From NCBI GenBank assembly GCA_951406725.2, contig OX597832.1:49166001-49230000 (forward strand): DNA of 64,000 nucleotides, read 5' to 3'. Every line of letters starts with the position of its first letter. Within the stretch, counting starts at the first letter, position 1. Below the pieces are notes generated by a model that was given only the letters and a program-made list of their open reading frames with translations, was not told the DNA's origin and made no database searches. Below are positions 1-14,224 of the stretch, in pieces. Source of the DNA: Octopus vulgaris (lineage: Eukaryota). Both the position numbers and the translations under genes were made by a program.

Positions 1-172
1 TAATGGACACAGGTTCGTGTGTCACATAGCAAGCTAGCTAGAGGCGATGGCCTCTTGGAGCTAATCTACGGCATCATTCGCCCAATTATTCTGGACTGCT
101 ATGTTAGCTAGGCGATAACTATTAATATCCACTACCGCTGCCGTAATCTCCTTTAGAGACTTAGAAATATCA

Positions 173-178
<6 letters not shown>

Positions 179-221
<43 letters not shown>

Positions 222-327
222 CATACGTACGTACGTACATAATACATACATACATACATACATACATACATACATACATACTAATATATGTATATTAAAC
301 ATATATATAATATTATATTATGTAATG

Positions 328-416
<89 letters not shown>

Positions 417-449
417 ATGTATGTATGTATGTATGTATGTATGTATGTG
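179..449. repeat. Compound microsatellite (AT)n/(ACAT)n/(GT)n/(ATGT)n
   Basis: Visible tandem di- and tetranucleotide tracts. Confidence 0.95.
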
Positions 450-910
450 TATTCTGAAAATTCATTCATGATGTATGTATGACGGAATGGAACTGCGATG
501 TTAATTGACAAGAAGCAGAGGTTCTGTCGTTCTGTATTTTTAAGCTAATAGAAATGAGTAGGAAGTGACATATATTCTAATCTCAGGAGAATTTACATTA
601 ACATTAGAGAAATGGCTTCAACCAGAAGTTAGACTACGAACCAGTAGTCTCTCAACGTACTGTTGTCTTAATTATTACATTACAATTCATGCGGCAAGTG
701 GGAGTTAATAATTTACCAGAATATTTCCAAGTATTCGTTGCTCGAATTTCAACGTAAAATCGAATGAATTTCTTTTTCTTTAGTTTATTGTCAAGATATG
801 TTTAATGTGTTTTACGCTTTCGATGTCTAATGGTACGAGATATCGTAACGCAATTGTTTATTTAAATTAGTTTTTATCAAGGAAAATACAACGGGCGGCG
901 CAATTAATTA

Positions 911-1264
911 AGGAAAGGATTGATTAAATGTTTAACAAGTGATTTAAACATAAATACAGCGTTCTTGTGGCCTATACATCGAAGAGGCCAGGGAACAGAA
1001 GAAAGAAGAAGAAAGAAGACATGCACCCAACATCAGAGCTGAAGACACCTCCGAAAGGGGTGGGGGCCGCCACGTCAAAACGGTAGAGGAGTAAGGGCCG
1101 AAACCGGACGTGGTTCCTCCTGATGATGTCTTGAGCTAACTGGATCCTATAAAGGAGCTGTTGTGGTAGCAGACCGCGAAACACTGTTGAAATTCCTCAG
1201 GAAAGAATTGATTAAATGTTTAACAAGTGATTTAAACACAAATACAGAGTTCTTGTGGCCTATA
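911..1264 (+). mobile_element. 222-bp GC-richer insert flanked by a 66-bp direct repeat, containing a hammerhead-like fold
   Basis: 911-976 and 1199-1264 match with 3 mismatches; insert has CTGAAGA (1039)...GAAAC, with catcagag pairing to ctcctgatg. Confidence 0.55.
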
Positions 1265-1848
1265 GGTTAGCGGGCTTTCACTCGCGATGACAAGATGAAT
1301 GTTACGATTTCCGGACAGGAGTATGTATGGTGCTCGTGAGAAAAGCATTTCATTTCACATTGTCCAAGTCGACGAACTGGTGTTCTTTTCAGGAGAAGCA
1401 TTATGATCTCGGACACTTATATGACTTGAGAACGGGGTCACCAGCCCTGTGAGTGCTCGGACTCCAGACAGCAATATCCAGGGGCTTACTTATAGAGTGC
1501 TTATTGTACTATCGTTTTTTACGGTTCTTTTGACAATTGTCATGCGTATTTTAATCTATAATAAACAGGATAAATATACGATGCTAATGTAAATAGTACT
1601 CAACTATATAGCAGTCGGTGGTTTCATTGCAGACAGAAATACTGCTTCGGTATTGGTCGACTTGCGTGAGTAAATCTCAAATATGGTCGTTCTTCACGGG
1701 GATATATTAAAACCAATACTATAACCTGTAAAACTGAAGACTAACTTCGTTGAGAATCATATTGCACGTCAATTGAACAAATACTACACCGTTTTAAATA
1801 TGTGTGTCTATGTATATATAAGTATATATATATATGCATATTATGTAC

Positions 1849-2325
1849 ACTCTTTACTATTTTACTTGTTTCAGTCATTTGATGTGGCCATGCTGGAGCA
1901 CCGCCTTTAATCGAGCAAATCGAGCCCAGGACTTATTCTTTGTAATCCTAGTACTTATTCTATCGGCATATTTTGCCGAACCGCTCAGTTACGAGGACGT
2001 AAACACACCAACATCGGTTATCAAGCGATGTTGGGGGAAACAAACACAGACACACAAACATACACAACACACATACATATATATATATATATTTACATAT
2101 ATATGGCAGGCTTCTTTCAGTTTCCGCTAACCAAATCCACTCACAAGGCTTTGGTCGGCCCGAGGCTATAGTAGAAGACACTTGCCTAAGGTGCCACGTA
2201 GTGGGAATGAACCCTGAACCATGTGGTTGATAAGCAAGCCTAGTACTTATTCTATCGGAATCTTTTGCCGAACCGCTCGGTTACGGGGACGTAAACACAC
2301 CAGCATCGGTTATCGAGTGATGTTT
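1849..2325 (-). mobile_element. tRNA-derived SINE family A (CORE-like), with partial internal re-duplication at 2236-2325
   Basis: Reverse complement of the family A consensus (A/B-box head, accttgggcaagtgtcttct, internal TA/TG tract, gagtaaaa-repeat tail). Confidence 0.85.
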
Positions 2326-3007
2326 GAAAGAAAAAAAGGAGGCAGAAATTTCGACATGCTGCGGTCACAGAAAACATTTACGTGAAGATATCAAATCAAA
2401 CGCCCATCCCAACAGTAGAATGGATTTTGCTAAAGAACGGATTCTGCTAAAGTCCATCTATCCACACAAATTACTTTCTTGGATGTCATCTAGAAAGAAA
2501 AGTTGTGTTAGTTAGAATGCCAGCATCTTTGCGAAGCATGAGTAATATTCAAGCTTTGAAATAGGTACTTTGTGGAATATGTTCTTTTTAACATAACTTG
2601 TTCAGAAGTGTTATGTATTGAAGTATATGCAGCTACTTCAATAGTAACATAAACATTTTGGTGCATTCCTTCGTGATATTCAATAAAGTAGCATCTCTAG
2701 AACAGGCTGTCGAAGAATGTAAAACGGAGTTTTTTTTTTCTCGGTCGTTGACTTGTGTTTTGGAGGAGGAGGAGGATAAACTATGGCTTGTAGCAACCTC
2801 GTTGTCAATTCTGATGAACAGCAAAGAGTGGATTGTGTTTTGTGTGGGAGTAATAATATTCACGCCTAGACAAATGAAATTTAGCGTGTGCATGCGTGAG
2901 TGCTTACGTATGCGTAACTGAGTGTGTATGTGTGTGTCAGTGTCAGTGTATGAGAGTGTGATGCGTGTGTGTGTGTGAGCATTTTAAAATATATATATAT
3001 ATATATA

Positions 3008-3358
3008 TTACTCTTTTACTCTTTTACTTGTTTCAAATCGACCCCGGGACTTATTCTTTGTAAGCCCAGTACTTACTCTATCGGTCTCTTATGCCGAACC
3101 GCTAAGTGACGGGGACGTAAACACACCAGCATCGGTTGTCACGCAATGCTAGCGGGACAGACACAACACACACATATATATATATATACATATATACGAC
3201 AGGCTTCTTTCAGTTTCCGTCTACCAAATCCACTCACAAGGCATTGGTCGGCCCGGGGCTATAGTTGAAGACACTTGCCCAAGATGCCACGCAGTGGGAC
3301 TGAACCCGGAACCACGTGGTTGGTTAGCAAGCTACTTACCACACAGCCACTCCTGCGG
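3008..3358 (-). mobile_element. SINE family A
   Basis: Matches the other family A copies. Confidence 0.9.
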
Positions 3359-3418
<60 letters not shown>

Positions 3419-3520
3419 TATATTTCGTATTGCTCTAAAATTGAAAGTTGTGGACAAATATATAAATATATATACATACACGTATGTGTTTATACATGTA
3501 TATATTCGCTATATATGTAT

Positions 3521-3944
3521 ACTCTTTAATCTTTACTCTGTTACTCTTTTACTTCCGTCATTTCACAGCGGCCATGCTGGAGCACCGCCTTTAGTCGAGC
3601 AAATCGACCCAAGGACTTATTCTTTGGAAGCCTAGTACTTATTCTATCGGCCTTTTTTGCCGAACTGCTAAGTTACGGGGACGTAAACACACCACCATCG
3701 GTTGTCAAGCGATGTTGGGGGAAACAAACACAGACACACAAACATACACAACACACATACATATATATATATTTACATATATACGGCGGGCTTCTTTCAG
3801 TTTCCGTCTACCAAATCCACTCACAAGGCTTTGGTCGGCCCGAAGGCTATAGTAGAAGACACTTTCCCAAGGTGCCACGTAGTGGGAACGAACCCAGAAC
3901 CAAGTGGTTGGTAAGCAAGCCACTTACCACACAGCCACTCCTGT
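3521..3944 (-). mobile_element. SINE family A, full length
   Basis: Head, core and tail all present. Confidence 0.9.
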
Positions 3945-4360
3945 ACGTATGTATCTACGTACGCATGTACGTATGCGTTCTGTATACGGCTGTCGCTTAT
4001 GTCTACTCATTTAAGAGATATCAGCAAGAAATTTAGAATACAATACAACTTCACAAAACTGTGCTTAGTTCCAAATTCGTTTGCTTAGCTTTCTTTCCTT
4101 GCACACCCGCCATTTTGTGCAATCTAAGCATTTTCAAACATGAAATACTAATCTAGTAGTTACAGTAGCAGGAACGCCACGATATCTAAAGCCAAAGTGC
4201 GAATCACACATTCAAACGTACACACGAGCTCTTTAGCATTCACAATCGGACACATTCCAAAATATAATATGAAAAATAACCCAGGCGTGTTTGAAGGTAT
4301 ACGAGTCTGAATTTGTATATTAATGTCTGTTTCTCTCTACACACACATGCACACAAGCAG

Positions 4361-4680
<320 letters not shown>

Positions 4681-5204
4681 GTAAGTTGGTAGGTAAATAC
4701 ACATATATACAGGATTCGTTTCTCTCTATCTCTCTCTGTCTCTGTCCGTCTTTCTCTCTCTCTCTCTCTCTCTCTTGTTCGCTCGCTCACATTCACACAC
4801 GCTCACACATACACACACACATATATATATATAGTTGAACCCGTCAAAAATGATGGGGTTTATTTGTGTGTGGAAAATATAATACAAACAGAAATTCTGC
4901 ATAATGGTTTACTTAAATATAAGATTTCCTGCATGGCCAGCTTTGGACAAAGAGGTCACTATGGCATTGAAGTAAAGCACTAGGGACTATATAGACTTCT
5001 TATTTATAGCTAATGCACAGGTATATGTGAGACTGGTTAATTTATGCATGTGTATGTGTGTGTGTGCCTGTGTGTCTGTGTGTTATGTATATACACACTT
5101 ACACATACACATACGCAGATACACAAACTAATACACACACGTGTTTATACATATGTGTGTGTGGATATATATATATTTATATATTCATATATATATATAT
5201 ATAT

Positions 5205-5279
<75 letters not shown>

Positions 5280-5292
5280 TACATATATAAAT

Positions 5293-5750
5293 AGGCGTAA
5301 AAGTGGCTGTGTAGTAGGTAGCTTGCTTACGAACCACATGGTTCCGAGTTCAGTCCCACTGCATGGTACCTTGAGTAAGTGTCTTCTACTATAACCTCTG
5401 GCCGACCAAAGCCTTGTGAGTGTATTTGGTAGACGGAATCTGAAAGAAACCCGTCGTATATATGTATATATATATATATGTGTGTATGTGTGTGTGTGTA
5501 TGTGTGTGTGTGTGTGTGTATGTGTGTGTAGGTTTGTGTGTCTGTGTGTGCCTCCCCTACATTGCTTGACAACCGATGCTGGTGTGTTTACATCCCCGTA
5601 ACTTAGCGGCTCGGCAAAAGATACCAATAGAATAAGTACTAGGCTTACAAAGGATAAGTCCTGGAGTCGATTTGCTCGACTAAAGGCTGTGCTCCAGTAT
5701 GGCTACAGTCAAATGACTGAAACAAGTAAAGGAGTAAAAAGAGTGAAGAG
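5293..5750 (+). mobile_element. SINE family A, full length
   Basis: aggcgtaaaagtggctgtgtagta head through gagtaaaaagag tail. Confidence 0.9.
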
Positions 5751-5751
5751 T

Positions 5752-5995
5752 ATATAAAATGAGCAGAAATTGGAGAAAAACTGTTGATCAATAAAACTGT
5801 TCTCCATTTTCTGCTCATTTCAAATTTGATACCTGATAAACTATCGTTTCTTCTGTTATTACCTGTATCCTATGTGCATCGTATTACTGCATACCCATGC
5901 CCAGGGTTAACATAGATAATTTACAACGGTAGTAATAAAATATATTCTTATCCCTTAGACGGTTATTCCAACCGCTAACTGTACTTAAATATACA
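5752..5995 (+). mobile_element. Short TA-adjacent element with 5' hairpin, related to 36405-36735
   Basis: aaatgagcagaaattggagaa / ttctccattttctgctcattt inverted repeat; 3' motif tatcccttag..ggtt..caacc.ct.act shared with the reverse complement of 36413-36452. Confidence 0.5.
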
Positions 5996-6387
5996 TCTCT
6001 CTATATATAAAGGTGAAGTTGTTTGTGTATGGCAGGTTAGGTAGCCTTCAACTAACACTATCTCCTCCGAGACCTTGCAGTGCAAGTTGACCAAAATTAA
6101 GAATATGATAGAAGAAGGCTTGCTCTTCCTTCCGTAGAAGAAAAAAATTCAAATCGGACCATGTTAACACCATAAATTATTTACATCAAAAAGGTGCTTT
6201 TTTTCTATAAAAATCCCTATTTTTTACGATTTTGTGACTGCTGTGTCGCCATTTTTCGGTGTATTTCAACCAGAAAAACGTTCACTTAAAGAGAATAACA
6301 AGTTACATAATGCAAAATTTTTACTTTTCAAAAATTCGAATTCTAAAGGGGCGAAACAAACCCGAGCGATGCTGGGCGATACTGCTA

Positions 6388-6388
<1 letters not shown>
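5996..6388 (+). mobile_element. Non-autonomous Helitron
   Basis: Starts TC after A5995 and ends CTAG before T6389; subterminal GC hairpin cccgagc-gat-gctggg; no TSD. Confidence 0.8.
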
Positions 6389-6423
<35 letters not shown>

Positions 6424-6559
6424 TCAAATTCATATATGCATGTGTGTGTGTACTTATCCTTATTTGTGTAGTTTCTTTACCCTGTAGCTAGAATAAATAT
6501 TGTTTGTGAACATAATTAATAAAATATCTAATAACACAATTTTCAAACAAGACTAAAGG

Positions 6560-7117
6560 ATAAAATATAATGGATATTATAATACTTTCATGGTAAGCTG
6601 TATTATAAACAATATTTTCAGGTTTTACTATTTTGTGACAATTGAAAATATCTAAGATATGTATTTTCCGTATTTTCCTAACAAAAGGTAATCATAAAAC
6701 GAAAGATAATGAACAATACTACAGGGAGCCATTGCGATAAACACAGCAAGTATTTACTAACAGAATATGAACACAACTCTTTGTGAGAATATATAAGCGA
6801 AACAGATCGTGAATAATTTCTACGGAAGACCATTAAGGAAAACAATGATCTTAGTTTTATTATTTTCTAATAATATGAAGTAACGTAAAGACACGTATCT
6901 TCTGAGAAAATATAAACGTAAAATTTATAATGAACCTTTTCTAGGGAAGACCTTTGAGGTAAACAATATTCTTGGTTTTACTATTTCTTTATAATAGAAA
7001 GTATCTCAGAAACACGAAGTTTCTCACAATATATGATTATAAAAAGATAATGTACCTTTTCTACGGAAGACCATTGGGGGCAATTCTTAATCTTGATTTA
7101 CTATTTTCTAGTAATCA
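6560..7117. repeat. Degenerate ~120-bp tandem repeat, about 4-5 units
   Basis: tttcta(c/g)ggaagacc recurs at ~6817, 6938 and 7058; weaker units upstream. Confidence 0.7.
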
Positions 7118-7148
7118 TTTCTACTACAGGCACAGGACTGCACTGTAT

Positions 7149-7765
7149 AAAGGCGGCGAGCTGACAGAAACGTTAGCACGCCGGGCGAAATGCTTAGCGG
7201 TATTTCGTCTGCTGCTACGTTCTCAGTTCAAATTTCGCCGAGGTCGACTTTGCCTTTCATCCTTTCAAGGTCGATTAAATAAGTACCAGTTACGCACTGG
7301 GGTCGATATAATCGACTTAATCCGTTTGTCTGTCCTTGTTTGTCCTCTCTGTGTTTAGCCCCTTGTGGGTAGTAAAGAAATAGGTATTTCGTCTGCTGTT
7401 ACGTTCTGAGTTCGAATTCCGCTGAGGTCGGCTTTGCCTTTTATCCTTCCAGGGTCGATTAAGTAAGTACCAGTTACGCAATTAAATCCGTTTGTCTGTC
7501 CTTGTTTGTCCTCTCTGTGTTTAGCCCCTTGTGGGCAATAAAGAAATAAGAAACATTAACACGCCGGGCGAAATGCTTAGCGGTATTTCGTCTGCTGCTA
7601 CGTTCTGCGTTCAAATTTCGCCGAGGTCGACTTTGCCTTTTAATACTTTCGGCGTCGATAAATTAAGTACAAGTTACGCACTAGGGTCGATGTAACCGAC
7701 TTTATCCCTTTGTCTGTCCTTGTTTGTCCCCTTGTGTTTAGCCCTTTGTGGGCAGTAAATAAATA
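7149..7765 (+). mobile_element. MetaSINE-like family B, head-to-tail array
   Basis: tRNA-like head, Meta-domain-like gcctttcatcctttcggggtcgat-aaat-aagtaccag, tail ending taaagaaata. Confidence 0.85.
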
Positions 7766-7784
7766 ACAAACACATACACACGCA

Positions 7785-8141
<357 letters not shown>

Positions 8142-8204
8142 CATTGCATGCATGTATCTATTTCTTCAATGTACTCAGAGACAAAATCTATTTTACACCT
8201 TCTT

Positions 8205-8220
8205 TCCTTTCTTCTTTTAT

Positions 8221-8257
<37 letters not shown>

Positions 8258-8726
8258 ACCCTTTCCTTCCACCTCTTTTCCTTATCAATGCCTCTCTTTG
8301 CTTCCTTTCTTTGCTTTCTTTCACTATTTGCCTCTTATTTTCAATCTCACTATTTTCGTATTCCTTTCATCTGCTCATTAACTTCCCCCCCAACATCTGT
8401 TTCTTTACGTTTCTCCTCTTTCTCTCTCTCTCTCTCTCTCTCTATCTTCCTTATATTTCTTCTTTCTCTTTTTTCACGCATTATATTCCCACCTCTTCCT
8501 ATTTCCCCTCGATTTTTTTCTGCCCCCCCCCCTCACTCCCGCCCTCTTTCTCTTTATTCTTCTACTTCTCTTTTACTCACGAATTTCTATATATATGTTT
8601 TTCTAACCACCCCCTTCCCTTCTTTCTCGATATCTTTTGCTCATTCCAGCATTCCCGCTTTTTTTCACGCCTCCCTCTCTTTTCAACTATTTGCAGCTAA
8701 CAGTTATTCCCGTTACCTGTATCTCC

Positions 8727-8775
<49 letters not shown>

Positions 8776-8879
8776 CCCTCAAATCCCCCTCCCTACATTT
8801 ACATCTGTATATCAAATTTGTCTCTATTTTCCATGTTCATTGTCTCTTTGTTGTTTTAAAACTCTTTTATCTTCTCTCG

Positions 8880-8910
<31 letters not shown>

Positions 8911-9260
8911 GCTTGCGCACAGGCACATGTACGCATGCGCATAAACACGCGCGCAGACATTACATTATCGTCTACTTTCTCATTCAGTATTCTCTATCTC
9001 TATCTCCCCCCGCCCCTCTGCTCCTCTACTTTCTCTTTCTTCCTTTCCTTCCTCTCTCCCTCTCACTTTCTCTCTCCCTCTCTCTCACTCTCCCAACCTT
9101 TCTGTCTCCTTCCTTCATTTTCTGTTCCTCGCTCTCCCTATTTCTTTTCTTTATCCTTCTCTCTCTCTCTCTCTCTCTCCCCCTCTCTCTCTTTCTTCCT
9201 TTCTCGTTTTCTCTCCTTCTTTCTTTCAATAATCTTTTACTTCTCGTTATATCTCTTTTG
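8205..9260. repeat. CT-rich low-complexity polypyrimidine tract
   Basis: (CT)n runs in strongly pyrimidine-skewed sequence. Confidence 0.9.
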
Positions 9261-9317
9261 TAAAATGGCGAACTACGAGACTCTTTATCACACCGGTCAA
9301 AGTGATTATCTGCATTT

Positions 9318-10550
9318 TGCACCTTTACGTTCTGAGATCGAATACTACCAAGGTCAAATCTGCCATTCAAATTTTCGGGGTCGATAAAATAAGTACCAGT
9401 TAAGAACCGAGGTCGACTACACCTCACCCACTTAACTGTTGGCCTTGTGCCAACAAGAATTTCGAACCATTGTTAAGGCGGTGTGTTGGCAGAATCGTTT
9501 ACACGCCGGAAAAATGCTTAATTTTATTTTTTCTACTTTAGGCACAAGGCCCAAAATTTTTTTTTATTGAGAGATGGGGCAGTGATTAGATCGACCTCTG
9601 TACGCAACTGATATTTAATTTATCGATTCCGAAAGGATGAAAGGCAAAGTCGACCTCGGCGGAATTTGAACTAAAAACGTAAAGACATACGAAATACCTA
9701 TTTCTTTACTACCCACAAGGGGCTAAACACAGAAGAGACAAACAAGGACAGACAAACGGATTAAGTCGATCATATCGACCCCAGTGCGTAACTGGTACTT
9801 ATTTAATCAACCCCGAAAGGATGAAAGGCAAAGTCGACATCGGTGAAATTTGAACTCAGAACGTAAAAACAGACGAAATACCGCTAAGGGAAAAATGCTT
9901 AATAGTATGCTATCCAGCTTTACTGTTCTGAGTTCAAATTCTGCCGAGGTTGTCTTAGCCTTTTATTCTTTCGGGTACGATATACGTAATACCTATTTCT
10001 TTACTACCCACAAGGGGCTAAACATAGAGGGGACAAACAAGGACAGACAAACGGATTAAGTCGATTATATCAACCCCAGTGTGTAATTGGTACTTATTTA
10101 ATCGACCCCGAAAGGATGAAAGGCAAAGTCGACCTCGGCAGAATTTGAACTCAGAACGTAGCGGCAGACGAAATACTGCTAAGCATTTCGCCCGGCGTGC
10201 TAACGATTCTGCCAGCTCGCCGCCTTTCCGGGTCGATATAAGTAATACCATTTAAGTACTGGGTTGATATAATCCATTTACCCTTCCTCTAAGATTACAG
10301 GTTGTGTGCCAAAATTTGGAATAACTTTTATTGTTACATGTATATAAGGCAGCGAGATGATGGAATCGTTAGCCCGCTGGACAACATTCTTAGCAGTATT
10401 TCATCAGACCTAATGTTCTGAGTTCAAATTTTGCCGAGGTCGACATTACCTTTCATCCTTTCGAGATCGATAAAATACGTACAAGTTGTGTATTGAGGTC
10501 GATGCAAGCGATTAGCCTCTCCCCACCGAACTTACTGGCCGCGTGCCAAA
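9318..10550. mobile_element. Cluster of nested family B SINEs in both orientations
   Basis: Plus copies ~9318-9470 and ~10347-10550; minus copies ~9536-9888 and ~9989-10225. Confidence 0.8.
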
Positions 10551-10551
10551 A

Positions 10552-10875
10552 GTTTCTCTTCTACTATAGACTCGAGCCGACCAAAGCCTTGTGAGTGGAT
10601 TGGGTAGGCGGAAACTGAAAGAAGCCCGTCGTATATATGTATATATATGTATGTGTGTGTATGTGTTTGTGTGCCTGTGTTTATCCTCCCAACATCGCTT
10701 GACAACCTACGCTGGTGTGTTTACGTCCCCGTAACTTAGCGGTTCGGCAAAAGAGACCAATAGAATAAGTACTAGCCTTACAAAGAATAAGTCCTGGGGT
10801 CGATTTGCTCAACTAAAGGTGGTGCTCCAGCATGGCCACAGTCAAATAACTGAAAAGAGTAAAGAGTAAAAGAGT
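10552..10875 (+). mobile_element. SINE family A, 5' truncated
   Basis: Core to tail match. Confidence 0.88.
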
Positions 10876-10943
<68 letters not shown>

Positions 10944-10950
10944 TATATAT

Positions 10951-11368
10951 AAGGCGTAAGTAACTTGCTTACCAACCACATGGTCCCGGGTTCAGACCTA
11001 CTGCGTGGCACCTTGGGCAAGTGTCTTCTATTATATCCTCGGGCCGACCAAAGCCTTCTGAGTGGATTTGGAAGGCGGAAATTGAAAGAAACTCGTGATG
11101 TGTATATATATATATATATATATATGCGTGTGTGTGTTTGTATATATATGTATGTGCGTGTGTATATGTTTGTGTGTCTGTGTTTGTCCCCCAACATCGC
11201 TTGACAACCTACGCTGGTGTGTTTACGTCCCCGTTATCTAGCGGTTCGGCACAAGAGACCGATAGAATAAGTACTAGGCTTACAAAGAATAAATTCCTGA
11301 TTAAAAGGCGGTGCTCCAGCCTGGCCACAGTCAAATGACTGAAACGAGAGTAAAAGAGTAAAAGAGTA
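10951..11368 (+). mobile_element. SINE family A
   Basis: Match with small internal deletions. Confidence 0.88.
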
Positions 11369-11374
11369 CAGTAT

Positions 11375-11450
11375 TGTTTCTACTTCGCGGATTTTCACCT
11401 ATCGTGGAGGAGGGTGGAACGTAACACCTGCGATAGTCGAGGGATTACTG
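11375..11450. mobile_element. Tigger/pogo-like MITE right end
   Basis: ggaacgtaacacctgcgatagtcgagggattactg followed by TA; reverse complement resembles the TIR at 13796. Confidence 0.6.
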
Positions 11451-11837
11451 TATTAGCACCTGTTCCCGTTGCTTTCCTTCCTTCGCTATCGTATTTTCTC
11501 TCTCTCTCTCTCTCTCTCACTTTGTCTCTTTCTTTCTCTCTCTCTCTCTATATCTCTCTTATTCTCTTTCTCATACCTTATTCTATGATGACCTCACACA
11601 CACCAAACTCCCATCATGCTTCACTAGCCATTTCTCGCAATTACTTTAAGACATGACTTGTTAACATTTCATCTCTACAAACTCCATTACCTAACTAAAT
11701 ATTTAGCACCATCTCATTCTCCTAACACCTAACGCATTACCTTTTTTTTATTCCTCACCTTCTCTCTCTCTCTCCCTCTCTCCCTCTCTCCCACTTCTCT
11801 CTCTTTCTCCCCCTCTTCTTTTCTTTCTGTCTTCTCA

Positions 11838-12556
11838 TTGGCAGAATCGTTAGCACGCTGGACGAAAAGCTTAGTAGTATTCCGCCCGTCGCTACGTTCC
11901 GAGTTCAAATTCCTCAGGGGTTCACGTATCCTTTCATCTATTCGCAGTCGATAAACTAAGTACCAATCCAGTACTGGGGTCGATGTAATCAACCTGCACC
12001 CTCCCTACAAAATTTCAAGGTTTGTGCCTATTGTAGAAAGGCTTACTATTATTTTGAAGGCAGCGAGCTGGCAGAATCATTAGCGCGCTGGACGAAATGC
12101 TTAGCTGTATTTCGTCTGCTGCTACGTTCTGAGTTCAAATTCCACCGAGGTCGACTTTGCCTTTTATCCTTTCGGGGTCGATTAAATAAGTACCAGTTAC
12201 GCACTGGGGTCGATATTATCGACTGATTCCGTTTGTCTGTCCTTGTTTGTCCCCTCTATGTTTAGCCCCTTGTGCGTAATAAAGAAATAAGAACGAATTA
12301 TTATTATTATTTTATTTTTTTTTTTTTTTTTTATTTTATTAAAGCGGCGAGTTGGCAGAATAGTTAGCACGCTGGATGAAATGCGTACAGGTATTTCGCA
12401 CGTCGCTGCGTTCTGAGTTCAAATTCCGCCGAGGTCGATTTTGCCTTTCATCCTTTCGGGATCGATAAATTAACTACCAGTTACGCACTGGGGTCGTTGT
12501 AATCGACTAGTCCCGTCCCCGAAAATTTCAGGCCTTGTCCCTTTACTAGGAAGGAA
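11838..12556 (+). mobile_element. Three consecutive family B SINEs with two tail types
   Basis: Repeated ggcagaat..ttagc heads and Meta-like cores. Confidence 0.82.
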
Positions 12557-13078
12557 TATTACTGAATGCGTTTAGTTATACAGGTCTACTTGATTAGGGC
12601 TGGCCTGGGGTTATATAACAGCAACAATGTCGGACAGACTATGGGCAAACACGACCTAACCTGAATCAAAACTCCAAAACATAATAACAATGATTTATTC
12701 TTGTTTTTTTTTTCTTTTCTTTTTTCGTTTAATGGCTGTGGTTGATAGGGGCAGTTAACCGTTGATAGTTTTACGAATTTAATACTGTTTGTGTGCAGTG
12801 TATTAACTGCGGTAATGTATACACTCGTGATGTTTGATGTAACAGTGCTATCTCAGATATGGCCGGGTGTGGTGAATCGAAGAGGTAATTATATAAGTGA
12901 GGCAGGGAGGGAGGGAGAGAGAGAAGAGAGGGAGAAACAAGCAGACAGACAGACACATGGACGGACGGACAGACGGACAGACAGAAGCTGATTGGGAGCT
13001 AAATACACATAAAAGAGGCCGTTAGAAAACGAAATGCATACATACATGCATACATAAATACATACATACACACACACG

Positions 13079-13116
<38 letters not shown>

Positions 13117-13330
13117 ATATATATATATATATAAAATTGAATAAGGGTAGAAATTGATATTAATCAATTAAAACCGGTGGCCTAGCATATTAAAAAAATC
13201 CGAATATTAAAAAATGTTTTTACATACAAAATTTAAAGGACTGACCACTAAAAGTGGATGGTCAATATGCTAGATATAGACGTGTAAATCGCTATTTTCC
13301 ACGAAGAATGTGTTCTCAAGAACAATTTTG

Positions 13331-13372
<42 letters not shown>

Positions 13373-13392
13373 TGCTAGAGAGCGAAATACAG

Positions 13393-13445
<53 letters not shown>

Positions 13446-13520
13446 TACGTAAGGTGGAGAAACAGAGAGAGAAGCGGTTAGTGAGCTAAATACACAGAAG
13501 GCGACATATGGAGAGCGAAA

Positions 13521-13563
<43 letters not shown>

Positions 13564-13795
13564 TGCAAGAGAGTGAAATACCGAGAGAAGCGCAGGGTAA
13601 GAGAGGAGAAACGGAGAGTGGTGTAAGAAGGAAAGAAATAAGTGAAATAAATATAAAAATAGAGAGGGAAAGAGAGGATGGTATGAGGTATAAAAGAGAC
13701 AAATGAATGCGTAGAGAATAACGAATAACAGTGATAGGAGAAAAGAGACAGAGGAAGGTGTACTGAGGCGAAAACGAAAGAGACACTGGAGTATA

Positions 13796-13860
13796 CAGTA
13801 AACCCTCGCCATATCGCGGTTCACCGATCGCGGTTCAACTATCGCGGTTCACCTATCGGA
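13796..13860. mobile_element. Tigger/pogo-like MITE left end with three atcgcggttca repeats
   Basis: TA-cagtaaaccctcgccatatcgcggttcacc. Confidence 0.6.
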
Positions 13861-13971
13861 GTTTATTATTTAAGCTTACGTCGGTTCCTCCGTGGTTTTG
13901 TTTTGCATTTATAATAAAATAATTGTATACAAATTATAAAAAATAAATTTAAAAATACATACATTACATAT

Positions 13972-14134
13972 AGGTGCAGAAGTGGCTGTGTAGTAAATAG
14001 CTCGCTTACCAGCCACATGGTCCCAGGTTCAGTCCCAATGCATGGCACCGAAGGTAAGTGTCTTCTACTATAGACTCGAGCCGACCAAAGCCTTGTGAGT
14101 GAATTTGGTAGACGGAAACTGAAATAAGCCCGCC

Positions 14135-14224
<90 letters not shown>

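Noticed and set aside
1-175. Structured segment or short exon at the window edge
   Set aside because: Several small hairpins but truncated, with no recognisable motif or splice support
2811-2840. CTGATGA here, and similar cores at 26295, 56686 and 63626
   Set aside because: No stem II-GAAA-stem III continuation; expected by chance
11375-13860. Single Tigger element spanning both TIRs
   Set aside because: The ends face away from each other, so they belong to separate copies
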